From: Wallemia ichthyophaga EXF-994
Lineage: Eukaryota; Fungi; Basidiomycota
Length of the DNA stretch: 62,000 bases
Direction of reading: 5' to 3'
Assembly: GCF_000400465.1 (NCBI RefSeq)
Contig: NW_008806277.1
Span: 20,001 to 82,000, forward strand
In this document: in pieces, positions 1-9,779 of the stretch
How positions within the stretch are numbered: position 1 is the stretch's first letter
Layout: each line of letters begins with the position of its first letter
Position numbers and translations under genes: made by a program
Notes under the pieces: model-generated
What the model was told of the DNA's origin: nothing
The model's input: the letters and a program-made list of their open reading frames with translations, nothing else
The model's database searches: none

Positions 1-9
1 TCGTATCCA

Positions 10-984
10 ATGACACTATCTAGGAACTGTTTCATTCCAATGGTTATAACAAGAGGCAGTGACCAAGTAGCAGTCAGTTCACGATTTGAGGTAAGGAACG
101 ACCCAGCCGTCGTCCGCAATTATGGACAGATGTTGATAGAATACTCGAAAGTTATTCCTGACGGTATAGTAGCCTTCTTTCCTAGTTATTTGTACATGGA
201 GAGTATAGTAAGTGCGTGGAATGAGATGCAAATACTCGATGAAGTGTGGAAGCACAAGCTTATTTTCGTTGAAACACCCGACGCACCCGAGACAAGCATA
301 GCATTAGAGAACTTCCGTAAAGCTTGCGATAATGGACGTGGAGCAGTTATGTTATCGGTGGCACGAGGGAAAGTGAGTGAAGGAATAGATTTTGATCATC
401 ATTTTGGTCGGGCTGTTATAATGTTTGGAGTTCCATACCAATACACAGAATCTCGTATACTCAAAGCTCGTTTAGAATACCTACGTGATAATCACAGAAT
501 ACGTGAATCAGATTTCTTAACTTTCGACGCAATGAGACACGCTGCGCAGTGTGTAGGTAGAGTTTTGAGAGGTAAATCTGATTACGGTTTGATGATCTTT
601 GCCGATAAGCGATTCGCGAGATCAGATAAAAGAGCAAAGTTACCACGTTGGATTAATCAATACATCGCTGAAACATCATCGAATCTTTCAACCGATATGG
701 CTATATCTCTCGCAAAGAGGTTTGTCAGGACTATGGCTCAACCATTTGATCATTCTCAAACTGGGGTCAGTTTGTGGACAATGGATCATGTTTTAGAGAG
801 ACAGAGGTTGGATAAGGAGAGTGATCTCGCAGCTGTAGCACTCACTGATAAAGATCATATGAACGTCGATGGAGTTGTTGACGGAGTTGCAGATGGAGTT
901 GGCGATTCTAGCGGTGATAGTGATATCGATGATACTGGTGGGATTGATGATAACGCATTGATAGATATCCCTATGACGCAGTAA
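10..984 (+). CDS. RAD3: TFIIH helicase XPD/Rad3, C-terminal part (gene starts upstream of the window)
   Basis: Helicase C-terminal motifs [29 protein letters not shown] and [23 protein letters not shown], typical of Rad3/XPD; acidic tail. Confidence 0.95.
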   Translation: MTLSRNCFIPMVITRGSDQVAVSSRFEVRNDPAVVRNYGQMLIEYSKVIPDGIVAFFPSYLYMESIVSAWNEMQILDEVWKHKLIFVETPDAPETSIALENFRKACDNGRGAVMLSVARGKVSEGIDFDHHFGRAVIMFGVPYQYTESRILKARLEYLRDNHRIRESDFLTFDAMRHAAQCVGRVLRGKSDYGLMIFADKRFARSDKRAKLPRWINQYIAETSSNLSTDMAISLAKRFVRTMAQPFDHSQTGVSLWTMDHVLERQRLDKESDLAAVALTDKDHMNVDGVVDGVADGVGDSSGDSDIDDTGGIDDNALIDIPMTQ

Positions 985-1039
985 TTTAACTTATTAACAT
1001 ATATATACATTAGATACATTGTTTAAAGCAGACAATCCG

Positions 1040-1300
1040 TCAAAGTTCATCCCTTTTGACTCTCCTAGAATGAGGGAATTGTAATTCGACGGACTTGACG
1101 TGATTGTGAGACTCCAGTGCTGATCTGACGGATTCCAATACTTGCGTGCCTAGAGACTTGTCCACTCTGTACAATTGAGTATTTGGCAACTCGCCTACTT
1201 GACCAACTGGAACGGCGTTTGAGGGTGTCGGGGGAAGCGTAGAGCCCAATTGAACGATAATGGAAAGGTAGTTGTAATTGTTGTGATCAATTTCAGTCAT
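1040..1300 (-). CDS. Small standalone kexin/S8 pro-domain-like protein ending RRVKRDEL
   Basis: 86-aa ORF from ATG 1300. DHNNYNY..VGQVGELPNTQLYRV..LESHNHVKSVELQFPHSRRVKR resembles Kex2/furin pro-domains (recognised by eye, no search run). Confidence 0.55.
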   Translation of the reverse strand: MTEIDHNNYNYLSIIVQLGSTLPPTPSNAVPVGQVGELPNTQLYRVDKSLGTQVLESVRSALESHNHVKSVELQFPHSRRVKRDEL

Positions 1301-1337
1301 CCTGTCTTTGACTTGTTCAACACCCTCATCCAACACC

Positions 1338-1768
1338 ATGGTCAGATTAATTACGCATAATATTTTGACATGTGCAGTGAAGGGTTGCGTCGATAGTGGG
1401 AAGAACTATCCACTAACATTTAAAAATGTCCAAGGAATTGAAATCAGAGAGCAGGAATTCAACGCTGACTTCATCAGAGCTTTCTTCCCTAAACTTGATT
1501 ATGGTGTATTGAAATCGACGTTGGAATCTGTAAGTAGATATTTAGTCCATTTTGATAATCTCACACAACCAAGCTCGGTGACGATTCACTCAAACTTGAT
1601 AGCGTGGAGGATATTGACGGACAACCAGAAGATTTCTTGAGACTGCTGCATAAGGTTCTTCTGGAGATGGATGTTACCCAGGGAGAGATGACGTGCGGTA
1701 ACTGCCAGCATAAATACCAAATCAATGAAGGTATTCCAAATATGCTACTTGGAGCAGATGAGATATAG
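1338..1768 (+). CDS. TRM112: Methyltransferase activator Trm112 (2 exons; intron 1530-1573)
   Basis: MVRLITHNILTC start. After splicing GT1530..AG1573 it reads LHKVLLEMDVTQGEMTCGNCQHKYQINEGIPNMLL, the Trm112 C-terminal signature; TAG at 1766-1768. Confidence 0.93.
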
Positions 1769-1845
1769 TGGATTATAACATAGAACATGTATGAATATTT
1801 ATTTAAAACAGGCAACATATAATAACTAAACACAAAAAATAAATC

Positions 1846-3190
1846 CTACTTATCATCAGGGAGGGCATTAATACCAGTTCTAGATTGTGGTCTCGACACT
1901 GGTGGGCTTCCACTTGGAGTTGCTGAAGGTGACTGAGCAGGTGAAAGGACACCGACAGCTTGCATGAATCTCTCAGAGTGTGAAGATCTCCTAACCATAG
2001 GTCTTGCCATTTCAGGCATCGAAGGTAAACCCATCAATCTGTCTGCCATGTCTGCAGCGGTTGCACCTTGGTAGAGAAGATCGTATACAGCTTCAGCGAT
2101 TGGTGCTGACATCTCTATCCTGCCGAGCAATTCATGCACAGCATCGGCTGTGAACACACCCTCAGCAGTTGATCCGAGTGTTTCTAAGATATGGTCCAAT
2201 TTTTCACCCTCACCCAATCTCTTACCGACGGTGAAATTACGTGAGCTTTCAGATGAGCACGTCAGGAAGAGATCACCGACACCGGCCAGTGAGAGGAAAG
2301 TGAGTGGATCGGCGTTAAATGCAGTACCAATTTTTTGCATCTCTGCGCTAGCTCTGGTGACCAAGCCTGCTCTTGTGTTTTGTTGGAAACCTAATCCTGA
2401 TGCCACACCTGATGCTATGGCGTATACGTTCTTCAACGCACCAGCCAACTCGACACCGACAGGATCAGTGGATGAGAAGGTGAGGAAGTGTCCTTGGTGG
2501 AACACTTCACAAGCCTGTTCAGCGTGTTGTGCAGAGAAGGAAGCGATGGTTACTTGTGTTGGCATTCTCTGCACAATCTCCTTGGCAAATGAAGGTCCAG
2601 ATAAGAAAGTAGCAACTTTGGCAATATCCTTACCACACTCTCTTTCAATAATTTCAATTGGGAGGAAACAGCTACCTGACTCTATACCCTTATTGGCGAA
2701 TACGAGCAGAGGGGCTTTATCCTTCTTGGCTTCGAACAAAGGTATCAAGTTTTTCAGGACTGATGACATGGATTGTGATGGGATTGCCATGACAATGACG
2801 TTGTATAGAAGGAGATCTTCAAATGAAGGGAATTCAGGTCCGACAGCTTTCAGGTTCTTTGAGAATATGTGGTCGGTGAGATACTGTGAGTGTTTCAAAT
2901 GAGAAATCTATCGTGTAGGTAGAACGGGTGATACACACCTTTGGATTCTTGCGGTGAGTATTGAAAGACTCAACTACATCAGCGTTACGCGCCCAGATTC
3001 TAGTTTGGTGACCGATATCGGCCAAGTGGTCAGCTAAACAGCTACCGAAGGAGCCGGAGCCGAGAACGAGAACTCTCTTGTATCCAACGGAAGGAATGGA
3101 TAGTTTGCGCTTGAATGAAGATGATCTTGAGAGTGAAGGCTTCTCGTCACCGCCAACAGGTGTCATTGATTGAAGTGGTTCGAATGGCAT
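1846..3190 (-). CDS. NAD(P)-dependent glycerol-3-phosphate dehydrogenase, GpsA-like (coding intron 2884-2938)
   Basis: Rossmann motif VLVLGSGSFGSCLA, ELAGALKNVYAIASG, AGVGDLFLTCSSESSRN; GT-AG intron joins NPK|YLTDH in frame. Confidence 0.92.
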
Positions 3191-3357
3191 CTTTGATTAT
3201 TTAATGGGAGTTGAATTGGCTATACTACTACTTACAATTTCAGTTTATCGTCTGCGTGGGATTAAATTGTGTTGATCAGTTGATTGTCTACTTACAACGG
3301 ATCCAAGTGCTGTACTTGTTAAATAAATTGTTCAAATCCTTTAAGTATTTCGCTTAC
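3191..3357 (-). other. Three predicted 5'-UTR introns (3310-3357, 3252-3295, 3191-3235) of the G3PDH gene
   Basis: Minus-strand GTAAGC..TACAG (48 nt), GTAAGT..CGCAG (44 nt) and GTAAGT..CAAAG (45 nt, ends directly at the ATG), separated by 14- and 16-nt exons. Spliced leader has an in-frame TAA. Confidence 0.7.
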
Positions 3358-3646
3358 AGTTTTTAAATAAAGCTCAAGTAATTGTCAATATTCAAGAGAA
3401 TTTAACGTTGGAACCCAAGCGACGCGATGATGTCACGATCAAAAGAGGTACCAAATACGTTTTTGGAAATCGCTGAAGATATTTGATTGATAAAGATATA
3501 GTTGATCTCCGCGCATTGACAGATACAGTTCCGAACGCCTCCGAGAAGCTTTTTGTGTGATTCTAATTGGAGGTGTTCATCGGGATTACTCGGTAATATT
3601 CGTATTACGCAATAGATAACTCACGCATTATCACCAAATAACTTAT

Positions 3647-5878
3647 TCAAAGTAGTATATTACACAATTCGGGTTCGTAGTCTGTTGAATTTGGTAAAAC
3701 ATTCAGTGGTATCTGGCATTGAATCAGCTCTTCCTTCCCTTTTCCATCCCCGCCTCCTAATCTATCCTGCGACCTGAACGAGTTGGGTATGTGATCCACG
3801 TTGACAAGGTGATTTACACTTTTCGCGCAAAATCCATTACCGAGATTGAGATTAGTAGTAGATGGGGAAGATGGCGTTGATGTTGAGCTTGAGGATGTGA
3901 ATGGAGTGCGTGGCATAGGCTGAAGAATTGGCGTGGGTAGTGGGGATGAATCGAGGCTGCCTATTGATGGTCTGGGTGAGAGTGCTTGCGGGTCCTCCAC
4001 AATTACTGGTATTATTACTAAAAATGACAGCTTGATAATCCACTTTACTTCAACTGAATTTTGGTCATGTGTTAGATACTTTTATTGTAACTTGTCTTCC
4101 TACTTACAGATAGATGTCTTGAAATCTGATGATTGGTGTGAAGGTACATCAAGCGAAAAACCTATTTCGGACAAGTCGATTGCGAGAGGTTGATGAAATT
4201 CTGAATGTACTTTACGCGTAGCGTTTATCGTATGCTTTTGATTGAGGTTTGCATAATTCTCATTCGCAATTTCGTGACTTTCCAGTGTAGCTGATAACTG
4301 TTGTAAAATTAGCACATAATACCACAAACTTGAAGACAAACCGACCTTCAAAACCTTACCGCACATAGTATTGGGTTTATTTATTGATATCTTACCCAAC
4401 ACACTCTCACCCAATCTAAATGTAGACTTGACTATGGAGAGAATAGCGATATTGAGATCATCCTTGGTGATTTCGTAGGTGACCTTCTGTGAGTTCCTCG
4501 AACTAATTCCTATTGCTGTACGACATTGCTCACTGACCCTGGTGCCAATATCTGCATTTTCAAAAGGACCGTCGTATCCGGACGAATTAGTTGAACTACT
4601 CCTTTGCATTGAGTCGTAAGTTGTTAAATAAAGCTTTTGTGCGTATTTGTAAGCCTTTTCGAAGCAGCTGTTTGAGGGTGTGTTTGATGGTGGGGTGTTT
4701 GTTGGGGTATTTGCTTTGACTACCTGCTTGTCAGCACCACTGCCATAACCAACGTCACCACCCTTCACTATCGCTTCTTCGTTGATTTCCATTATAGGTT
4801 TGAGGACATCAAACCTCCTGCTTTCCTCATCAATTGTGACATTTGGGAGTACTTTTATTGGTATTTTGATAACGCGAGCATTTCCATTTTGTTTATTAGT
4901 ACCTACAACAAACTCGTAGGTTATTTTACCAATTTTGCCGTGATAGCTGGGTGGTAAAGTTATCGGCAGAGTGTGTTGAAAAGTGATTGTGGTGTCTTGG
5001 TTAGGTGAAAGCACTTTATCAACAACCAAGACAGATCTCCTAGTTTCCCAAATCGATAGTGTTGTGTTGGAGGTGTCGTTTGAGTTTGACGAGTTGTTGA
5101 GGTGGTTGAACCAGTTCGTGAGGCTGAAATTGAACAGTGTACTGCTGCGTTTGTGGGGATTTGCTTTTACATCGTCCAGGACACCTCCACCGAGTACATT
5201 TGACGATCTGCGGTTAGTCATGGTGCTCCTCTTTATCAGCGAGCGATTGAGCTCAATTTTGCCACAAAGTTGAGCAGTCGCCCATAGAATCTTCTCGTGG
5301 TTCGGAAGTAGGGGTGTTTTGAGGTTGCGATTCAGTTTATGATAGGTTGAGTTATCCTGCATGGTAGAAGATGTGGGAGTGGGAGTGGAAAGGTTTGAAG
5401 CTTTGCGCGTGTGGGGATGCCTCCAAGGGAGGTTTGGAGAGCGTGTGGGTGATTGTGTGGAGTTAATTGACAATGAAGAAGGTGAAGAGGAAGAAGAGGG
5501 TGGTGAGGGTGAGGACAGCGTCTCAGCAGATGAGAATCGCTTTGAGAGGTCAATTGATTGTACTTGTCTGTTGTGTCGTAAAGTAGAAGGCCTGCCTTTA
5601 CCAATACCAACGTCATTCTGAGGTACAGGATCAGAATTCTTACCAACGAGACCACATCTTGATGGAGGTTGTTTGAGTTGTGCCTGCTGTGCGCGTGTGT
5701 TACTCAGTACACCGCCATTGTTATGATTCGTGGATACGGACAGAGACCTTTGATGTGCGTGTGGAGATGGAATTGTTGATTGTGGCTGAGAATTTATAAA
5801 TTTAAGCGTGAATGTTATCTTATCGCCTGCAAAGTAGTAGTATTTATCAGATTTAATTTCAACGCGTAATCCATCCAT
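3647..5878 (-). CDS. RGP1: Rgp1 family protein (Ric1-Rgp1 Ypt6 GEF subunit), multi-exon
   Basis: N-terminal YYFAGDKITFTLKF, LPITLPPSYHGK, KVTYEI..FRLGESVLG, final exon with QCQIPLNVLPN; GT-AG introns near 4310-4355 and 4050-4100. Confidence 0.8.
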
Positions 5879-6094
5879 TAGTAGGTATTTATATATATCG
5901 CTATAATCCTGTGTTTTTGCAAAATACGGCTATCAAATAATATACTTGAAATTTTAAGCTTATTATTTACGTACTTGTTGGTGAGTGGTGCAGGGGTGCC
6001 GGTGCAGATCGTATTTCATAATAAATTACAAAATTGTTTAAAATTGTTTCGTTAAATCCAGAGTCATTGAGGGTGTTGTAGTAATATATACCAC

Positions 6095-6484
6095 CTACTG
6101 ACGCCCCGCCGCCTTTCTGAACTCCTCTTTGTATTCGTTTAATGAAGAATCCTTGTTTGAGAGCCTGTCTGCCCAAGTCTGTGAAGCAAACTTACGTTCG
6201 CCCTTGGTGGAATCAGCTTTCGACATGAAGAAGAATCCTGCGACGACGACGATTGAGCCGATAATTCCTGCGAGCTGTGGAGTGTTAGTGCGGTACTTAC
6301 GAACCTTAATCCCTTAAGAAAACCCACCGGATAAAGTGATGGGTCACGCTTTGCGAACTTGTTGAAAGTCTTCGCCGTATCACGAGCGCTCTTTTGTGGC
6401 TGATTGTTTGTACCTGGTGGCTGGTGTGGGTGTGAGCGGTAAATATCGTATAGTTATACCAATTCCCACCTGTGGCGATGACAT
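6095..6484 (-). CDS. Small single-TM mitochondrial protein, NDUFA4/B12D-like (3 exons; absent from ORF track)
   Basis: Manual splice of two GT-AG introns gives MSSPQ|PPGTNNQPQKSARDTAKTFNKFAKRDPSLYP|LAGIIGSIVVVAGFFFMSK..AAGRQ* (95 aa). PSLYPL plus hydrophobic helix resembles NDUFA4. Confidence 0.7.
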
Positions 6485-6780
6485 TATTGGTAGTGTGGAA
6501 TCAAGAAGTAGTTGTAGCCAATTTAAGTTTATATTTTGTAGTTATTTACGGTAAAATTTAAATCCATCCATTCATCATTCAGTCTTTACTCTATTCTTCT
6601 AACTACCCTGCTTCTCTGCGTGTTGCCACCCATTCTTGTGGATTTCTGACGTCATCCCGGAAAACTCAATTGGCGCCGACTTACCTTAAATAAACTTTTT
6701 GTTCGTATAGGGATCATCAGACTCTGCCCCTGAATCACCTAGCTATCGCTCACTCTCAAGTTTCAACCACCAACAACTGA

Positions 6781-7063
6781 ATGCATCCACATCTGTACAC
6801 AGACGACAAGCAAGCAGGTGAGCTGGTCAATGCACATGGCAATCGATTCACTTAAATTAAAATAAGCTTGCGGTGATGTTATTCGCCAGTTACAAGAGTG
6901 CAGAGACAAAGGTTGGTTGAATAGGCTGAGCGGGGCATGCAATCCCATCGACAAGGCGCTTGGAAAGTGCTTGCGGGAAGAGAGGATCGATAGGACGCGT
7001 AGAAATCTGGAAAAGTCAAAAGAGCGCAACAGGAAGAAGCAAGAGGCGTGGAGTAGCTTGTAG
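6781..7063 (+). CDS. CMC2: COX assembly twin-CX9C protein Cmc2 (intron 6818-6866; absent from ORF track)
   Basis: MHPHL N-terminal signature; spliced product MHPHLYTDDKQAACGDVIRQLQECRDKGWLNRLSGACNPIDKALGKCLREER has two CX9C motifs. Confidence 0.88.
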
Positions 7064-7073
7064 AAGACACCAT

Positions 7074-7874
7074 TTATAAGTGCAGAATGACGACTCTGTT
7101 GATTCTGTCGTTAAATGGGTCTTCTATAAGCTCCACATTGGCTACACCACTCTGCTTGGCCAGCTTTACCACCAATTGAGCCTGATTATAACCAACTTCC
7201 ATCCAAACTTGTTTGTTAAACGCATCCTTGAGTAAATAGATCATTCTCTTATAAAACACCAGTCCGTATTCATCTCCCCCAGCGAGTAGTGCATCTTTAT
7301 CCTCCCAATCCCGGACTTCTGAGTGCAGTGTCTTGTAATCGCGTTGAGTAATGTAAGGTGGATTGATAGTAATAACATTGTAGCTGCTGAGGTCTATAGA
7401 TTCACTGAGAATGTCCATCTGCTTCACCTCGAACCTCTCGAGCTGCTCCTTGGTGAGATTGTTACGTGCGTTGATTGTAGCTAGCTTGCACGCCTTGGGT
7501 GAGCTGTCCACTACCACGACGCTATCGCAGTGCAGCTCCTTAGCAATACTCACACCAATGCACCCACTCCCTGTACACAGATCTAGCACTCTAAGCTGTC
7601 TATTATCACAAAATCGCGCGATTAGTTTGTCTACCCAGAATTCTGTCTCCTGGCGTGGAATAAGCGTTGGTGGAATACACTGAATCACTGCACTATTGAA
7701 TGGCTGGTTGCCTATAACGAATTGCAGCGGTTTCCCCGATAGTCGCTGTCCCAGTTTGAATACAGCCTCTTTGCCACTCCTACAGCTCTGTCTAACCCAT
7801 CTAATCTCATTGTACGCGTCTGCGCTGCCAAAGCTATCCACCATTCTCCGCGTTACAGTTAGCCGCCTTCTCAT
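7074..7874 (-). CDS. MTQ1: HemK/PrmC release-factor glutamine methyltransferase, mitochondrial type
   Basis: PLQFVIG, LIPRQETE, VLDLCTGSGCIG (SAM motif), NPPY catalytic motif. Confidence 0.88.
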   Translation of the reverse strand: MRRRLTVTRRMVDSFGSADAYNEIRWVRQSCRSGKEAVFKLGQRLSGKPLQFVIGNQPFNSAVIQCIPPTLIPRQETEFWVDKLIARFCDNRQLRVLDLCTGSGCIGVSIAKELHCDSVVVVDSSPKACKLATINARNNLTKEQLERFEVKQMDILSESIDLSSYNVITINPPYITQRDYKTLHSEVRDWEDKDALLAGGDEYGLVFYKRMIYLLKDAFNKQVWMEVGYNQAQLVVKLAKQSGVANVELIEDPFNDRINRVVILHL

Positions 7875-7929
7875 TGGTTGGTTGTTGTACCGGTACTGTC
7901 ACCACTGCCATTACCAACACACCAACACC

Positions 7930-9108
7930 ATGAGAATCACGCCTTCCCAGCTCAAGAACGCCTCCCCCACCGCCGTCGTTATGATGAACATGGGTGGTCC
8001 CGCCACACTCGACAACGTTCACTCATTCCTCTCAAACCTCTTCCACGATAAGGATCTAATCCCGCTGCCATTCCAATCAATTCTCGCCCCTAGAATCGCC
8101 AATAGACGTACACCCAAGATAAAGCAGCAGTACAAAGAAATCGGCGGCGGCTCACCCATCCTCCATTGGACACAGCGTCAGGGCGATGAAATGGTGAAGC
8201 TGCTGGACGAGCTCTCTCCTGCTACAGCCCCGCATAAGCCCTACATCGCATTCAGATATGTCGATCCTCTCACAAAAGACACGCTCGCGCAAATGAAACA
8301 CGATGGCGTCACTCGCGCTGTAGCGTTCACGCAATACCCCCAATACTCGTGCAGCACCACTGGGAGCAGTTTGAATGAGCTCTATCGCCAGATTCATGCG
8401 CTGGGCATAGACAAGGATATAAACTGGTCCATTATTGACAGATGGCCCAACCACCCACTCCTAGTTGAAGCTTTTGCGGAGAATGTCGCCAAGTCTTTGC
8501 GTAAGTATGCTCCTGAAGAACGTGGCAAAATCCCCATTCTCTTCTCTGCTCACTCGCTTCCGATGAGTGTGGTGAACAGGGGAGATCCGTATCCAGCAGA
8601 GGTAGCGTCTACGGTGCAAGCGGTAGTTAGTCGACTGCCTGGCCTCACTGGCCATACCAACCCACACCGACTCACCTGGCAGTCCCAAGTCGGGCCATCC
8701 GCCTGGCTCGGCCAGCAGACCTCCGATGCTATACAAGGTCTGCGCCGTCTCGGCTACACAAAGGCCCTCGTCGTCCCTATTGCTTTTACATCTGACCATA
8801 TTGAGACGCTGTACGAACTAGATCTCGAGTGCGTCGAGGAGGCTCGCGAGATCGGTCTCCAACTCGACCGCGTGGACAGCCTGAATGATAGCCCTGCTTT
8901 CGTGCGCGCTATCGCCGACCTCGCCGCTGAGCATCTGGGTAGTGTCTATCAGAATAAAGTGACAGACATCAGCCATACTGGTTACGTCGGCGGTTGGGTC
9001 CCGGGTCACCCTACCTCCACTCAATTCGCTCTCAGGTGTCCAGGATGCACCAATGATGTCTGCCTCAAACAGAAAAATTTCTTCAATCGCGGTAGTAGTG
9101 TTATATAG
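7930..9108 (+). CDS. HEM15: Ferrochelatase
   Basis: MMNMGGP, YKEIGGGSP, FTQYPQYSCSTTGSS, LFSAHSLP, WQSQVGP, FTSDHIETLYELD, C-terminal RCPGCTNDVC Fe-S motif; likely start ATG 7930. Confidence 0.96.
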   Translation: MRITPSQLKNASPTAVVMMNMGGPATLDNVHSFLSNLFHDKDLIPLPFQSILAPRIANRRTPKIKQQYKEIGGGSPILHWTQRQGDEMVKLLDELSPATAPHKPYIAFRYVDPLTKDTLAQMKHDGVTRAVAFTQYPQYSCSTTGSSLNELYRQIHALGIDKDINWSIIDRWPNHPLLVEAFAENVAKSLRKYAPEERGKIPILFSAHSLPMSVVNRGDPYPAEVASTVQAVVSRLPGLTGHTNPHRLTWQSQVGPSAWLGQQTSDAIQGLRRLGYTKALVVPIAFTSDHIETLYELDLECVEEAREIGLQLDRVDSLNDSPAFVRAIADLAAEHLGSVYQNKVTDISHTGYVGGWVPGHPTSTQFALRCPGCTNDVCLKQKNFFNRGSSVI

Positions 9109-9631
9109 ATATTTCCTTCCTTCTTTTCATGAAATCTGCTTATACCTTGTGCGCTCAAGTTAAAATTGTTTTGCAAAGTATTTTGATATATAGAAATCAT
9201 AGTATGTAGTCAAAAGCTTTACAAATATTGATAATCTTCGCCTATCCATACTTCTTGTACATTGATAGCTAACGATTTTAGTGACTCAAAGGGATGCGGT
9301 TCTTGGCATGTGTGCCGTAAGTTGGGAGGTAACTACGTGGAGCTACCGAAGGCGCGCGGGTGGGTGTTGAGCTGGTTTTTGAAGAACTCGTAAAGGGTTT
9401 GTAGAGAGTGTGAGTTTCTGAGTAATGAACCTAATCCGAACTGAATATTTATCTTGGTAATTTTTCTTCATAATGTGATTTTGGCCATTATATGTCTTTT
9501 ATATATGAAAATTCTATGTGAGATGGTGTCCTCTGTGCCACAAGCATTGCATTGAGGTGAAGCAATCAATATGAAAACGTACAATGACTTGATTTTATGA
9601 ATATTTGCGTACACCTTTTGCGTTTCAATTG

Positions 9632-9668
9632 TATATATTTTTAAGCTGCAAAGGAATTCTCAGTTCAA
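9632..9668 (+). promoter_or_regulatory. Putative upstream Pol III elements of the permuted tRNA: TATATA (9632-9637) and CAA (9666-9668)
   Basis: TATA about 30 nt before a CAA motif that precedes a ~26-nt leader; spacing matches TATA-assisted Pol III initiation. Function inferred. Confidence 0.5.
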
Positions 9669-9692
9669 AATAACTCAACGGGAGTAGCTGAT

Positions 9693-9768
9693 ATCGAAAG
9701 GTTGCAGGTTCGAGCCCTGCGTCGGTCACCACGGCCGGCTGGCTCAATGGTAGAGTATTCGACTACGG
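9693..9768 (+). tRNA. tRNA-Arg(ACG): Circularly permuted tRNA-Arg(ACG): 3' half 9693-9728, spacer CCAC, 5' half 9733-9768
   Basis: Reordered halves fold into a 72-nt cloverleaf: acceptor GGCCGGC/GTCGGTC+A73, D-arm GCTC-AATGGTA-GAGT, anticodon stem TTCGA/TCGAA with loop CT-ACG-G|A, variable loop AGGTT, T-arm GCAGG-TTCGAGC-CCTGC. Confidence 0.9.
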
Positions 9769-9779
9769 CATTGAAATAA

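Noticed and set aside
1301-1340. Overlapping opposite-strand ATGs in the CCATGG palindrome (ORF start at 1339)
   Set aside because: The minus gene more plausibly starts at ATG 1300; the extension adds no signal peptide or motif.
2150-2902. 250-aa plus-strand ORF
   Set aside because: Antisense shadow of the G3PDH gene; no motifs.
7696-7929. N-terminal extension of the ferrochelatase ORF
   Set aside because: Starts at a non-ATG codon and overlaps MTQ1; ATG 7930 is preferred.
9693-9768. Interpretation as two unrelated tRNA pseudogene fragments or remains of a dimeric gene
   Set aside because: The halves complement exactly at 37/38 with no gap or overlap, all stems (including G-U pairs) are intact, and promoter- and terminator-like flanks bracket the unit. 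Considered less likely but not formally excluded.
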